Source: Alloprevotella sp.
GTDB taxonomy: Bacteria > Bacteroidota > Bacteroidia > Bacteroidales > Bacteroidaceae
NCBI GenBank assembly: GCA_045614785.1
Contig: JAZLDQ010000028.1
Location: 83,898 to 147,897 of the forward strand
Length of the DNA stretch: 64,000 nt
Direction: 5' to 3'
Below are positions 9,685-19,241 of the stretch, piece by piece; position 1 is the first letter of the stretch, and each line of letters opens with the position of its first letter. The translations under genes were made by a program, and so were the position numbers. The notes beneath the pieces were generated by a model. It worked only from the letters and a program-made list of their open reading frames with translations. It did not search any database and was not told where the DNA came from.

Positions 9685-11388
9685 ATGATAAAATTAGCAA
9701 AAACTCTTTTATATTTCGTAATGGGGGGGCTTATAATGACATCCCCAGTTGAGACTATAGCACAGAAAGTCATTAATGTAAAGAAGCCAACGAAGCCAAC
9801 TAAGGCTGCAAAACCTAAAACTCCTCAAACTACAGATTTTTATGTTGTGACACGTCCTGCAGGAGCCACTATATCTATTGATGACAAGGTTGTAGGTACT
9901 AGCCCTTTAGAAGGTATTAAGCATAGTAGAGGACAACACGTCGTGAAGATTTCAAAGGAAGGGTATGAAACAATAATAGAAAATCGTAATTTCGGTTCTG
10001 CTCCTGTTGTTTTAAATGTTGAGTTGAAGGAAAACTATGTTGAACCTGCAACGCTGTATGTAAATTCTAGTCCTGAAGGTGCAAAAGTTATAATCGATGG
10101 TCAGAATGTAGGTTTCACGCCCATAAACGGATATAAAATATCTAAAGGCTATCATCAAATATTGCTTATTAAGGAAGGCTATGATACACTTGATGTTTCA
10201 GAGCAAATTAATTCTGAACAAAAAATGATAGACCGCCAACTTGCGAAGGCCGAGGTGAAAAAGTCGATGCTCTATTTTTTTACAAAGCCCGAGGGAGCAA
10301 CGGTTGTTATAGACACAATAACAATAGGACAAACTCCTATCAATCGTTACTCTATACCTCAAGGAAAACATAAAATAAAAATTGAACTTGAAGGCTATGA
10401 GTCTATTACTAAAGATACTATAGTTAGTAATCCAACTTGTATTATTGACCTTCAACTTCGACAAAAAGTAGTGCAACCTGCACTCTTCAGCATAGGTACA
10501 GATCCTATAGATGCAGAAGTTTATCTCAATGACACGCTTATAGGTAAAACGCCCATATTTGATTATCCTGTAAAGCCTGGTGACTATACACTTGAGGTAA
10601 AAAAGAAAAGTCACGAACCTTACGCTACTACGCTTAAATTTGAGCAAGGTAACCCCTTACAACTTACTCAGACACTTATTTCTACTGAGCCAGACACTTT
10701 TAATGTGAACGGTGTTGAATTTAAAATGATAAGAGTAGTAGGGGGAACGTTTAGAATGGGAGCTACTCCTGAGCAAATAAATTCTTATCCCGACGAAAAA
10801 CCTGCACACGAAGTTACACTCAGCAGCTATTACATAGGTGAAACCGAAGTGACGCAAGCCCTATTCGAGGCTGTTATGGGTAGAAATCCATCAGCCGTTA
10901 CGGGCGACTTAAATAACCCTGTAGAGTCAGTTATGTGGGATGATTGTGTAGAGTTTGTGCAGCGTCTTAATGCTATTATAATTGGTCGTAATTTCAGACT
11001 CCCGACAGAGGCAGAATGGGAGTATGCTGCGCGTGGTGGAAATAAATCAGCATTTACGCTTTACGCAGGAAGCAACGAACTTTCTAAGGTAGCATGGAAT
11101 TATGAAAACTCTTCAAAGTATCCTCATCCTGTCAAAACGCTTGAACCTAATGAATTGGGTATTTATGATATGAGTGGAAATGTTTGGGAATGGTGTTCTG
11201 ACTATAAGGGGGATTACCCGTTGGAGGCACAAACCGATCCTCAAGGGCCAGCATTAGGTTCTGAGCGCATAATCCGCGGAGGAGGATTTAGCGATGAAGA
11301 TACTCGTAATTATCGTACCGCAGTGCGCAATTATAACTTACCTGGAGGATGCTTGAATTACATTGGCTTTAGAATAGTTTGCGATTAA
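9685..11388 (+). CDS. Secreted protein with four PEGA repeats and a C-terminal FGE-sulfatase (SUMF1-like) domain
   Basis: Signal peptide; four P.GA.V.ID...G.TP-like units; GGTFRMG, RLPTEAEWEYAARGG, DMSGNVWEWC, RGGG and GFR motifs. Confidence 0.9.
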   Translation: MIKLAKTLLYFVMGGLIMTSPVETIAQKVINVKKPTKPTKAAKPKTPQTTDFYVVTRPAGATISIDDKVVGTSPLEGIKHSRGQHVVKISKEGYETIIENRNFGSAPVVLNVELKENYVEPATLYVNSSPEGAKVIIDGQNVGFTPINGYKISKGYHQILLIKEGYDTLDVSEQINSEQKMIDRQLAKAEVKKSMLYFFTKPEGATVVIDTITIGQTPINRYSIPQGKHKIKIELEGYESITKDTIVSNPTCIIDLQLRQKVVQPALFSIGTDPIDAEVYLNDTLIGKTPIFDYPVKPGDYTLEVKKKSHEPYATTLKFEQGNPLQLTQTLISTEPDTFNVNGVEFKMIRVVGGTFRMGATPEQINSYPDEKPAHEVTLSSYYIGETEVTQALFEAVMGRNPSAVTGDLNNPVESVMWDDCVEFVQRLNAIIIGRNFRLPTEAEWEYAARGGNKSAFTLYAGSNELSKVAWNYENSSKYPHPVKTLEPNELGIYDMSGNVWEWCSDYKGDYPLEAQTDPQGPALGSERIIRGGGFSDEDTRNYRTAVRNYNLPGGCLNYIGFRIVCD

Positions 11389-11430
11389 GCAAATGTATAC
11401 ATACTCAATGTTGTTTTTTTAAAAAATAGT

Positions 11431-11480
11431 AAAGAGAGAGAACTTTGGCATGCAAAATGTCATAGTTCTCTCTCTTTTTT
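11431..11480. terminator. Bidirectional terminator
   Basis: AAAGAGAGAGAACT...AGTTCTCTCTCTTT between convergent genes. Confidence 0.8.
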
Positions 11481-11489
11481 AATTACGAG

Positions 11490-11972
11490 TTACAACTGTG
11501 GGTAGTTTGTATTTTTATCTGTTAGTTGCTCAAGTACTTCGGTGAGGTATTTATTAGCTTCCCATCGGGCCATTGGAAGATCTTGGAGTAGGTAGTTTCC
11601 GCAATCTTGGGCAGTGGCTCCTGGTATTTCGCCTTCGTAATTGGCTATGAAGGCGAAGGTTTCGCGCATGAGTGGGGCTACGTCTGAAGGTGTGAGGTTG
11701 CCTTTTACTATTAGGTAGTTGCCTGTGAGGCATCCCATGGGTCCCCAGTAGATGATGTTATCTTTCCAAATGGGGTGATTGCGAAGGAAGGTGGCTGCAA
11801 GGTGTTCAATGGTATGTAGGGCTCCTTGGTGGAGTGCGGGTTCGCGGTTGGGTTCCTTCATGCGTATGTCGAAGGTGGTGATAATTATATCTCCAGCAAT
11901 GTCATGTCGTGAGACATAGATACCTCGCTTAAGTAGGATGTGATTGATGGTGAAACTCGGTATTTTATTCAT
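11490..11972 (-). CDS. luxS: S-ribosylhomocysteine lyase (AI-2 synthase)
   Basis: SFTINH, FDIRMKEPN, HTIEH, GPMGCLTG and CGNY motifs. Confidence 0.96.
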   Translation of the reverse strand: MNKIPSFTINHILLKRGIYVSRHDIAGDIIITTFDIRMKEPNREPALHQGALHTIEHLAATFLRNHPIWKDNIIYWGPMGCLTGNYLIVKGNLTPSDVAPLMRETFAFIANYEGEIPGATAQDCGNYLLQDLPMARWEANKYLTEVLEQLTDKNTNYPQL

Positions 11973-12034
11973 ATGGTTGGTGGAGTAAGTTGAGAGTTTA
12001 TAAATTCATGACTATTAAAACTCTAACGTCATAA

Positions 12035-12730
12035 TTATTGGGTAATGGTTTCAAGAAAATGCTTGGTTACGAGGAAACTACGTTTTGACATTTCTCCCCA
12101 AAAATCTTCGTATTGTTGGAGGTGTTCATCAATGCCTGGCGTATCACTTATAATACGGAAACTGACGAAGGGGATGTTGTAAAGGTAGCAAGCGTGAGCA
12201 ATGGCGCACGATTCCATGTCAACCGCTAGCGCTTGGGGGAAGTGGCTTTTGATTTTGGCGAGCTCTGCGTGCGAGGTGATGAATTGGTCACCTGTGCAGA
12301 TGAGTCCTTCGTGTATTGGGGTTGCTTGCTTGGTGGTGAGTGAAAGAGCCGTATTGACAAGGTTGGGGCAGGCTTCAAAGTACGTGGGGAGTCCTTGGAT
12401 TTGTCCGTGTTCGCATCCCATTCTGCACCATACGTCGTGGTAAACTGTTTGCTGGCTTACTACGACGTCCATGACATGTAGGCACTGGTCAATGCCTCCA
12501 GCTACTCCTGTGCTGATGATGCAGTCGGGGGTGAAGTTGCGAATGAGCTCTGTGGTGCCAATGGTGGCATTCACTTTGCCTATTCCACATTGCAGGAGGA
12601 TGATTTCGTTGGTGCCGATGCGTCCCAATGTGTAGTTGAGATGGAGGATTGTTTGCTGCTTGGTGTCGCAGAGGAGGTGGGCGAGCAGTTCATGTTCGGA
12701 CTGCATAGCTGTTAGAATGCCGATTTTCAT
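12035..12730 (-). CDS. mtnN: 5'-methylthioadenosine/SAH nucleosidase
   Basis: GILTAMQSE, CGIGKVNA, TGVAGG, TGDQF, DMES and RIISD motifs; directly upstream of luxS. Confidence 0.94.
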   Translation of the reverse strand: MKIGILTAMQSEHELLAHLLCDTKQQTILHLNYTLGRIGTNEIILLQCGIGKVNATIGTTELIRNFTPDCIISTGVAGGIDQCLHVMDVVVSQQTVYHDVWCRMGCEHGQIQGLPTYFEACPNLVNTALSLTTKQATPIHEGLICTGDQFITSHAELAKIKSHFPQALAVDMESCAIAHACYLYNIPFVSFRIISDTPGIDEHLQQYEDFWGEMSKRSFLVTKHFLETITQ

Positions 12731-12773
12731 ATGTGGAGGTGAAATTGGGGAGAAGGTGAAATTGGGTTTTAAG

Positions 12774-13919
12774 CTAATTTATAGACCCTGCCTTAACTAG
12801 TTTTCCTCGTGTGAAATCTGGAATTTTGACGGGAATACTACCATTGTCGGCAGACAACTGGCTTAACTCTGCGATGCATGACCATGTGGCTGCTTCGTAT
12901 ACGTTGATGTCGAGGGGAAGTCCGTTTCGTAAGCAGTGGATGAGTCGGTAGTCCATGGTGTAGTTCATTTCGTTGGGGACTCCCAGGGCGTGGCCTTTTT
13001 TCCATATTTCAGCACTTGGGCATGTGAAGTAGTTCTCTGCTCGTTTGAGGGCCGCATCTCCTGTTGTTGCTTCTTTGTCGGATGATAATTGCAGGGTTGG
13101 GAGTGGATATTTCTGTACGAATCCTTGTGTTCCGCATACTGTTTGGAGTCGGCTATAAGGGCGCGCTGTCGTTACGTCGAGTTGTAGCAAGATGCTTACG
13201 CCGTTGGTGGTGCGTATGAGTGTGGTGTTGACGCGCCCTTTGCCTTGTTTTGCTTCTGAGGTAGAAGATGACAGGGATACGAGGTAATCCATTTTGTCGG
13301 TGTGGTGAATGCCGAGTAATTGTGATATAGGTCCTATTCCATGCGTGGGGTAGGCATTCCCGGTGTGAGAGGCACACGACGATTCCATCCAACTTGCGCT
13401 TAACTGCTCTATTTGGTGAATATAGGCTCCTTCGCAATGTGTGATGTCTCCTAGAAGCCCTTGTCGGTGCATCTCTTTTGTCGCTAGGGCGAAGAAGTCG
13501 TAGCAGCAGTTTTCTGTAATAAAGCAATGGCGCTGGGTTCTTTCGGCTGTTCTGACGAGTTGCCAACATTCTTCTACTGTTTGTGCCGCAGGAACCTCTA
13601 CTGCTACATGCTTGCCTTCGTTCATGGCTGCAACAGCGATTTCGCAATGCGTGCTCCAGTCTGTGCAAATATAGACGAGGTCGACTTCTGCGAGTTTGCA
13701 AACATCCTTCCAGGCTTCTGCTCCTGCGTGAGCTATTGCTTTGGGTCGGTTGGACTCGATGAGCAGTGCGTTAGCCTCTGATAGTTTAGCGGAGTCGATG
13801 TCGGCAATATGTGTGATTGATGCGCCATCAATGAATGCATAGCGTTCGAGTGTCTTCATACCACGTCGTCCCAATCCGATGAGTGCTATGCGAACGTGAG
13901 GAATAGGGGGGGCTATCAT
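12774..13919 (-). CDS. Gfo/Idh/MocA oxidoreductase, GH109-like
   Basis: IGLGRRG Rossmann motif; EVPAA, ENCCY, EGAYIH, YPTHGIGP and PDFTRG typical of GH109. Confidence 0.8.
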   Translation of the reverse strand: MIAPPIPHVRIALIGLGRRGMKTLERYAFIDGASITHIADIDSAKLSEANALLIESNRPKAIAHAGAEAWKDVCKLAEVDLVYICTDWSTHCEIAVAAMNEGKHVAVEVPAAQTVEECWQLVRTAERTQRHCFITENCCYDFFALATKEMHRQGLLGDITHCEGAYIHQIEQLSASWMESSCASHTGNAYPTHGIGPISQLLGIHHTDKMDYLVSLSSSTSEAKQGKGRVNTTLIRTTNGVSILLQLDVTTARPYSRLQTVCGTQGFVQKYPLPTLQLSSDKEATTGDAALKRAENYFTCPSAEIWKKGHALGVPNEMNYTMDYRLIHCLRNGLPLDINVYEAATWSCIAELSQLSADNGSIPVKIPDFTRGKLVKAGSIN

Positions 13920-13992
13920 AAAGATGAAACAATTATTCTTTTTTTAGTGATGTGTAAATATAATTACGAAAGGAATTACATACCACTTAGAT

Positions 13993-14028
13993 AAAAAAAG
14001 GCGCATCTTCACAGATACACCTTTTTTC
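13993..14028 (-). terminator. Probable terminator downstream of rpmE2
   Basis: AAAAAAAGG-CGCATCT-TCAC-AGATACA-CCTTTTTT; mismatches read as G-U pairs on the minus strand. Confidence 0.6.
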
Positions 14029-14148
14029 TCTTATTTATTAACCCTTAATAAGTTTTCATCATCTTTTCTGTTTGTAAAAATAAGTGTTATTGCCGTCTAT
14101 TTTTTTAAAAACTAGAGGTAAGCATGATGAAAATAATTTGAGAGAAGA

Positions 14149-14403
14149 TTACTTCTTACGAGCTTGAGCGTAGCGGCTCATGAACTTGTCAACGCGACCA
14201 GCTGTATCGACGAGCTTAGACTTACCAGTGTAGAAGGGGTGAGAAGTTGAAGAAATTTCCAACTTAACAACGGGGTAAGTTTCGCCTTCGAATTCTACAG
14301 TGTCGTTAGTCTTGCAAGTAGAACGAGAGAGGAACATGTCGCCGTTAGACATATCCTTAAATACTACGGGACGATAATTTTCAGGGTGAATACCTTTTTT
14401 CAT
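14149..14403 (-). CDS. rpmE2: 50S ribosomal protein L31 type B
   Basis: [17 protein letters not shown] and SHPFYTGK; no CxC/CxxC zinc motifs. Confidence 0.96.
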   Translation of the reverse strand: MKKGIHPENYRPVVFKDMSNGDMFLSRSTCKTNDTVEFEGETYPVVKLEISSTSHPFYTGKSKLVDTAGRVDKFMSRYAQARKK

Positions 14404-14540
14404 TTTGCTATAGCTTTTTTTATGATTTTACGAATTGTTTTGGTAACAATTGTGTAATGGTCTGATATTTTCGACTGCAAAATTAGTTATTTTCCTGCTG
14501 ACAGCAAACGTTTTTGTGCTTTTTTTGTAATTTTGCGAGT

Positions 14541-15161
14541 ATGAAAGTGCGTTTTTTTATACTAATAGTGTCGTTTATGAGCTTTTTCCAATTGGCCGGA
14601 GCTCAGATGAGTGTAGATTCTGTATTTTGCAATAGCAAGTCTAAGGTTTTAGATTTACTATGTTTGAATGCGAGGATGGACTTATTGGATTATTTCAATA
14701 GTGGTGTTCCAATGACTGTGGAGAATGATTTTAAAGAGAAGTCTTTGTTGTTGGAGAAATCTTCTAAACTATTAAAGTTGAAAATTTCTGATATTAGTCG
14801 TTGTGAGATTTTGCTGTTAGATGATGTCGCTGCTACACCTCTTTATGCCGTGTTACACACTATAGACTCACCAATTGGTTATGTTCGAGTTGAAGTACGA
14901 AACAATGAAGAGAAATTGGTGGATAGTTATTCAATTAAGCCTCAGTTAGGGGAGGTGGTGGATACATTTAATTTAACGAACGTGGAGGTAAATGCTCTTT
15001 TATCATGTGGTTGGGCAGCTACTTTTTCGGAAGAAGATTTAAGCTTGTGTGTAAAGCCTGCTATCGAAAACGTTAAGTTAAAATGCAAGGATGGATTGAT
15101 GAATAAGATAAAGGATTTGGTATATAAATGGAATGGTACAATTTTTGTGAGAGTTAAGTGA
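14541..15161 (+). CDS. Exported protein, DUF3256-like
   Basis: Signal peptide, RMDLLDYF and YKWNG motifs, position divergent from rpmE2; start moved to ATG 14541. Confidence 0.6.
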   Translation: MKVRFFILIVSFMSFFQLAGAQMSVDSVFCNSKSKVLDLLCLNARMDLLDYFNSGVPMTVENDFKEKSLLLEKSSKLLKLKISDISRCEILLLDDVAATPLYAVLHTIDSPIGYVRVEVRNNEEKLVDSYSIKPQLGEVVDTFNLTNVEVNALLSCGWAATFSEEDLSLCVKPAIENVKLKCKDGLMNKIKDLVYKWNGTIFVRVK

Positions 15162-15175
15162 TAACAATAAGAATT

Positions 15176-15215
15176 TGAGAGGGAAGCTGCATTTGAGCTT
15201 TCCTCTCTATTTTTA
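15176..15215. terminator. Bidirectional terminator
   Basis: GAGAGGGAAGCT...AGCTTTCCTCTC followed by T-run. Confidence 0.7.
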
Positions 15216-15229
15216 TTTTAATATGGCTC

Positions 15230-16597
15230 TTATTTTAGTTTAAGTTTTATTGATTTTACAGCGCGAAGACGGTAAGTGCGTGAAGCACCACATTTTATAG
15301 CTCCGAATTTGTAATCATCCCATGTGAATGAACTTTGTGCATCTTCACATAAATATCTAATTTGTGTGCTACCCGACTCAGGACCAGTCGCCAAAATAGG
15401 TAATTCACGTTGTTCGAGCGTTGAATTGGTAGTTTCGAGGTAGAGGTCTCCGCCTATTTCGTCCCACATTTTTTGTGCTTCTATTTTTGTTGGGATTCTC
15501 CAGTTGTTGAGATCTTCTTCCACATATGAATTTGCTATAGTTAATGCGGAGTCGGGTGTTTCGCTATAGGCGCTTGGAACGTTTTTCCATTCTTTTTTAC
15601 TTAAGAGTAATATGTTACATGCTTCCTCTGCAAATGGATATTCAACCAGTGCTACAATGTGGTTGTTCCAAAATTCACCTTCTTCGGGAAATGAGTTTAC
15701 CCAATATGTAATAGAGTCAACTTGAGCTGTGTTATTGTCGTCAGTAGTAGGTGGAGTGGAGCCAGAGGACGTTTGATTGCCAAATTTAAAATCAATAGTT
15801 TTAGTGTTTTTCCATTCTCCTACTTCGATTTGATTATTTAATGAAAATCCCTTTTCGTAGCTACCATTAATAATATAAGGAGTATTTTCTTCAAGCGGTG
15901 TTGGGTGTGAGAAGCTATAGGTGCTTTGTCCGTCGGAAGTAATGATAGTAATGCTCATATTTAACATGTTATTACTATTCGGAAGGGTATAGAAACGATC
16001 AGCTTTCCATATATTGTTTCCTTGATGATTAAGTTCGATTGTTGCTACAGCTTGCCCTGATGTTGATCCGTTTAGCTGAATTTGATTGTTGAGCAGAGAA
16101 AAACCGACGGTTACTTGTGTGGCATTTTCAGGAATATCACTTAAGGTAAGGTCTATTGCTGCAACTTTATTCCAAAGGGTTAGAGTGATGTTGGCATCTT
16201 TAGTGATAACGATATCTGCACTGCCTAATCTCACGGGCTGTAGAGAATAGTTGCTTGAAGGCATATTGACACTATTGTTGATGTCGGTTATTTCGGTTGT
16301 TATATTTTCAATGCCTGATAGTGCAACAACATGATAATTTCCAGTTGCAAGATTCATTGTAGAGTTATCTTCACTACTAGTAATCGTAAGTGCCTCTTTA
16401 AGCTGATTGTTTTTCACATCAAAAGCGTAAAGATGAAGCGGGAATGTCAATTGGTCACTATCCGATGTTCTTGTAAAAATGTGCATCTTCCTAGATTTGA
16501 CGTTTGAGCTTTGATTAAGTTCTTCGAGCTCTATCTTATTGCATGATGTGAGTAGTGAGAGAAGGAGTAACGTGATTTTAATGTATGTTGTTTTCAT
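15230..16597 (-). CDS. FimB/Mfa2-like (type V pilin) lipoprotein with extra C-terminal domain
   Basis: Lipobox LTSC; TR processing site; LYAFD and LATGNYHVVALS pilin strands; C-terminal WRIPT...LRAVK domain. Confidence 0.65.
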   Translation of the reverse strand: MKTTYIKITLLLLSLLTSCNKIELEELNQSSNVKSRKMHIFTRTSDSDQLTFPLHLYAFDVKNNQLKEALTITSSEDNSTMNLATGNYHVVALSGIENITTEITDINNSVNMPSSNYSLQPVRLGSADIVITKDANITLTLWNKVAAIDLTLSDIPENATQVTVGFSLLNNQIQLNGSTSGQAVATIELNHQGNNIWKADRFYTLPNSNNMLNMSITIITSDGQSTYSFSHPTPLEENTPYIINGSYEKGFSLNNQIEVGEWKNTKTIDFKFGNQTSSGSTPPTTDDNNTAQVDSITYWVNSFPEEGEFWNNHIVALVEYPFAEEACNILLLSKKEWKNVPSAYSETPDSALTIANSYVEEDLNNWRIPTKIEAQKMWDEIGGDLYLETTNSTLEQRELPILATGPESGSTQIRYLCEDAQSSFTWDDYKFGAIKCGASRTYRLRAVKSIKLKLK

Positions 16598-16638
16598 GTC
16601 TTTACAACTATTAATTCTATTATTCTTTATTATATTGA

Positions 16639-17406
16639 TTATTTAAACATGATATTTACGGTGTCCTTGCTTGTGATTCCACTGTAAGTAGTGTAGGTTG
16701 GAATGTGATAATGTTTGATATAAGATAGGAGGGGGGCTAGGTGAGAAGTGTTTTGTAAGCTTTGAATTAATTCGTGATGTTGTTGTAAGCGATCTTTAGA
16801 AGACATGGCGCGCAGGGCCATAAAGGGTTCTTCTTGAAGTTGTATATGTAGATGCAAAAAAGTGTCGGCAGCTGTGTTCAGTTTTAAAGACTCTATGGAA
16901 GCACCTTCTTCTAATATGATTGGTGTAGAGTTGCTCAAAGAGTCGAGAATGTATTGTAATTGTGATTTATCATCAGTAGCTATTGTGGAGTATGCATCTT
17001 TGAGTTGTAATAATTCTTCGTGTGAAAAGGTGATGAGAATTTTACGTTCAGAGTCAGCAGAATTTGTATATAAGAATTTTGTGGCGAGCTTTGACTGCAA
17101 CAAATGGTCGAGCAATTCTTGCATTTCAAATTGCTTGCTAGCAAGCATCTTCTCAATGTCTTTACGTAGAGATTGAGCTTGTTGGATGGAATCTTCGTTC
17201 CAATATGCTTCAGATTCGTGAATGTTGTAGGTGAAAAGGATTGTTGAATCGCTAAGGCTTATACCTAAAAATTGTGATTTGGAATTGGGATATAGTGGTA
17301 TGGGGCATTGTTTGTTGGTGCGTTCTACGTACTTTTCAATGGGTGTTTTGTTTTTTGAACAAGCACAAAGAAATATGACTATTATGAGGTATATAGCGTG
17401 ACGCAT
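16639..17406 (-). CDS. Hypothetical lipoprotein
   Basis: Lipobox-like CAC; NKQCPI motif; 255 aa. Confidence 0.6.
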   Translation of the reverse strand: MRHAIYLIIVIFLCACSKNKTPIEKYVERTNKQCPIPLYPNSKSQFLGISLSDSTILFTYNIHESEAYWNEDSIQQAQSLRKDIEKMLASKQFEMQELLDHLLQSKLATKFLYTNSADSERKILITFSHEELLQLKDAYSTIATDDKSQLQYILDSLSNSTPIILEEGASIESLKLNTAADTFLHLHIQLQEEPFMALRAMSSKDRLQQHHELIQSLQNTSHLAPLLSYIKHYHIPTYTTYSGITSKDTVNIMFK

Positions 17407-17530
17407 ATTGGTATTAGATTTATTTTGTTAATATAATACGAATTAATGTATTAAATGATTATAAATGAGGTTGCATGTTATTTCATACAATAAAGTCATT
17501 GTATTTTTTAACAATGCAACCTCATAGATG

Positions 17531-17977
17531 CTAAATGATCACTTTTACGATGAGTTTTCTTAATACACCTTCACCAATTATCGGTGCGTGTGCATCTTCA
17601 GGATAGACGATATAGAATTCTCCAGGGAGCACTTCGAAATATGTGGAAGGGATTTCCGCATAGAGTGCGAAGTCATTTTCTGCATCAAAAGGGGCTTCAC
17701 TAGTTCCAAGGTTAGAAAAATTTTTCCAACCCACAATTTCCTTTCCGCTCAATGGAAAGTGAATATCGATGTATTTTTGATGAACTTCCAGTTTTTGTAC
17801 TTCAGCCGAAACAAGTTTTGCGTCGCAAACGTTGATAAAGAGTTTATCACCATCAAGAATAATACGTTCTGCAGGAGCATTAAGAAGGTCGTTTGCTTTA
17901 ATATAGTCAAATACCTGTTTGAATAAAGGGTGGAGTGACTCGTAGCGTGAGCTATCTGAAATATGTGAGATAATCAT
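17531..17977 (-). CDS. YhcH/YjgK/YiaL (NanQ-like) protein
   Basis: LEVHQKYIDIH and PEDAHAP motifs; last gene of the nan operon. Confidence 0.9.
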   Translation of the reverse strand: MIISHISDSSRYESLHPLFKQVFDYIKANDLLNAPAERIILDGDKLFINVCDAKLVSAEVQKLEVHQKYIDIHFPLSGKEIVGWKNFSNLGTSEAPFDAENDFALYAEIPSTYFEVLPGEFYIVYPEDAHAPIIGEGVLRKLIVKVII

Positions 17978-17988
17978 AGTTGAGAGAT

Positions 17989-19158
17989 TTATCTGTTTGC
18001 AATTTCTTCAAGAATTCTCCAGCATTGGAACAGACCACGTGGAACGTGGAAGCAGCCCTTCCATTTACCGCCCTTGAGCGTGAGCAATACTTCGCCTTGA
18101 CGGTTGAGGTAACCAAACCATTCGGGGTTTTCTGCATCAGCAAAGTGCGACCATGTGTAGTCGTGAATGCGTTCAAACCATTCGAGGCACTTTTCATTGC
18201 CGGTGAGTTGGTAGCCTTTGATCATGGTGATGAGTGTTTCGATGTGTACCCACCAAAGCTTTTGGTCCCATTCAAGTTGTTGGAGTGGATGACCCAAGCG
18301 ATCCATGAAGTAGAAGATGCCGCCGTATTGCTTGTCCCAACCATATTCAGTTTCCTTCAAAGCAATATCAACTGCCTTTTCAATGAGTGCTTGGTCGCCA
18401 AGACGTTTACCGAGGTCCATGATGAACCACATGGCTTCGATGGCGTGTCCGGGGTTGAGCAAACGACCATCCATGCAATCAACGAGTTCGTTGTTAACAC
18501 CGAGGTGCTCTACGATGAGTCCTAATTCAGGGCGATAGAACACGTCCATCACTTCGTGAACGCACTCCTTAATTTTCTCTTCAAGGAATGCGGGTTCGAG
18601 AAGTGGTTCGATTTCGAGTGCTACGTTGCAAAGAATCATTGGGAGGGCAAAGCTCTTTAGTGCACGTGCGCCAGGCGATGCCTTTGACCATTTACCCTTA
18701 GGATTATCGACTTTAGAGAGTACGATGTCGAATGTTTTCTTTGCGATTTCGGCATATTCTTCATTGCCAGTAGCGATGGCCAACTGACCGAAAGCAATGA
18801 CCGCAAAGGTGTATGAGAAAATGTTGTAGGGTTCTACAAGAGGATGACCTTCACGGTCGAGTGCAAAGTACCAGTTGAGGTTGCCGTCATGGCCGTACTT
18901 CTTCAAGAATTCCGCACCTTGGATGGCGGCATCCAACCATTCTTGCTTCTTTTCTACCTTGTTGTAAAGTGTGGCAAACATCCACACTTCGCGACCTTGA
19001 AGCCAAATGAATTTGTCGGTGTCGAACACCGAACCATCACGCTCTAAGCAAGTGAAGAAACCACCGAATTCTTTGTCTTGTGATTTTTCAAGCCAAAAGG
19101 GAATTACCTTGTCAAGCAGTTCTGACTTATACTGCTCAGCTAATTTCTTAAAGTCCAT
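17989..19158 (-). CDS. nanE: AGE-family N-acylglucosamine 2-epimerase
   Basis: KFIWLQGR, NPGHAIEAMWF, KLWWVHIE and WKGCFHVPR motifs; start moved to MDFKKL at 19158. Confidence 0.92.
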   Translation of the reverse strand: MDFKKLAEQYKSELLDKVIPFWLEKSQDKEFGGFFTCLERDGSVFDTDKFIWLQGREVWMFATLYNKVEKKQEWLDAAIQGAEFLKKYGHDGNLNWYFALDREGHPLVEPYNIFSYTFAVIAFGQLAIATGNEEYAEIAKKTFDIVLSKVDNPKGKWSKASPGARALKSFALPMILCNVALEIEPLLEPAFLEEKIKECVHEVMDVFYRPELGLIVEHLGVNNELVDCMDGRLLNPGHAIEAMWFIMDLGKRLGDQALIEKAVDIALKETEYGWDKQYGGIFYFMDRLGHPLQQLEWDQKLWWVHIETLITMIKGYQLTGNEKCLEWFERIHDYTWSHFADAENPEWFGYLNRQGEVLLTLKGGKWKGCFHVPRGLFQCWRILEEIANR

Positions 19159-19241
19159 GATAAGTGATTTTGTTGTATGCTTTTCGAGCGGCTCCCACGA
19201 TGAAGTGGGAGCATAGCTCGATGACAATTTAAATTTTAAAT

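Noticed and set aside
11250..11388. Diversity-generating retroelement targeting the FGE domain
   Set aside because: No reverse transcriptase and no adenine-variant template repeat seen in the window; a remote DGR is not excluded
6496..11480. Intact integrative element at tRNA-Pro
   Set aside because: No integrase and no duplicated tRNA 3' end found by eye
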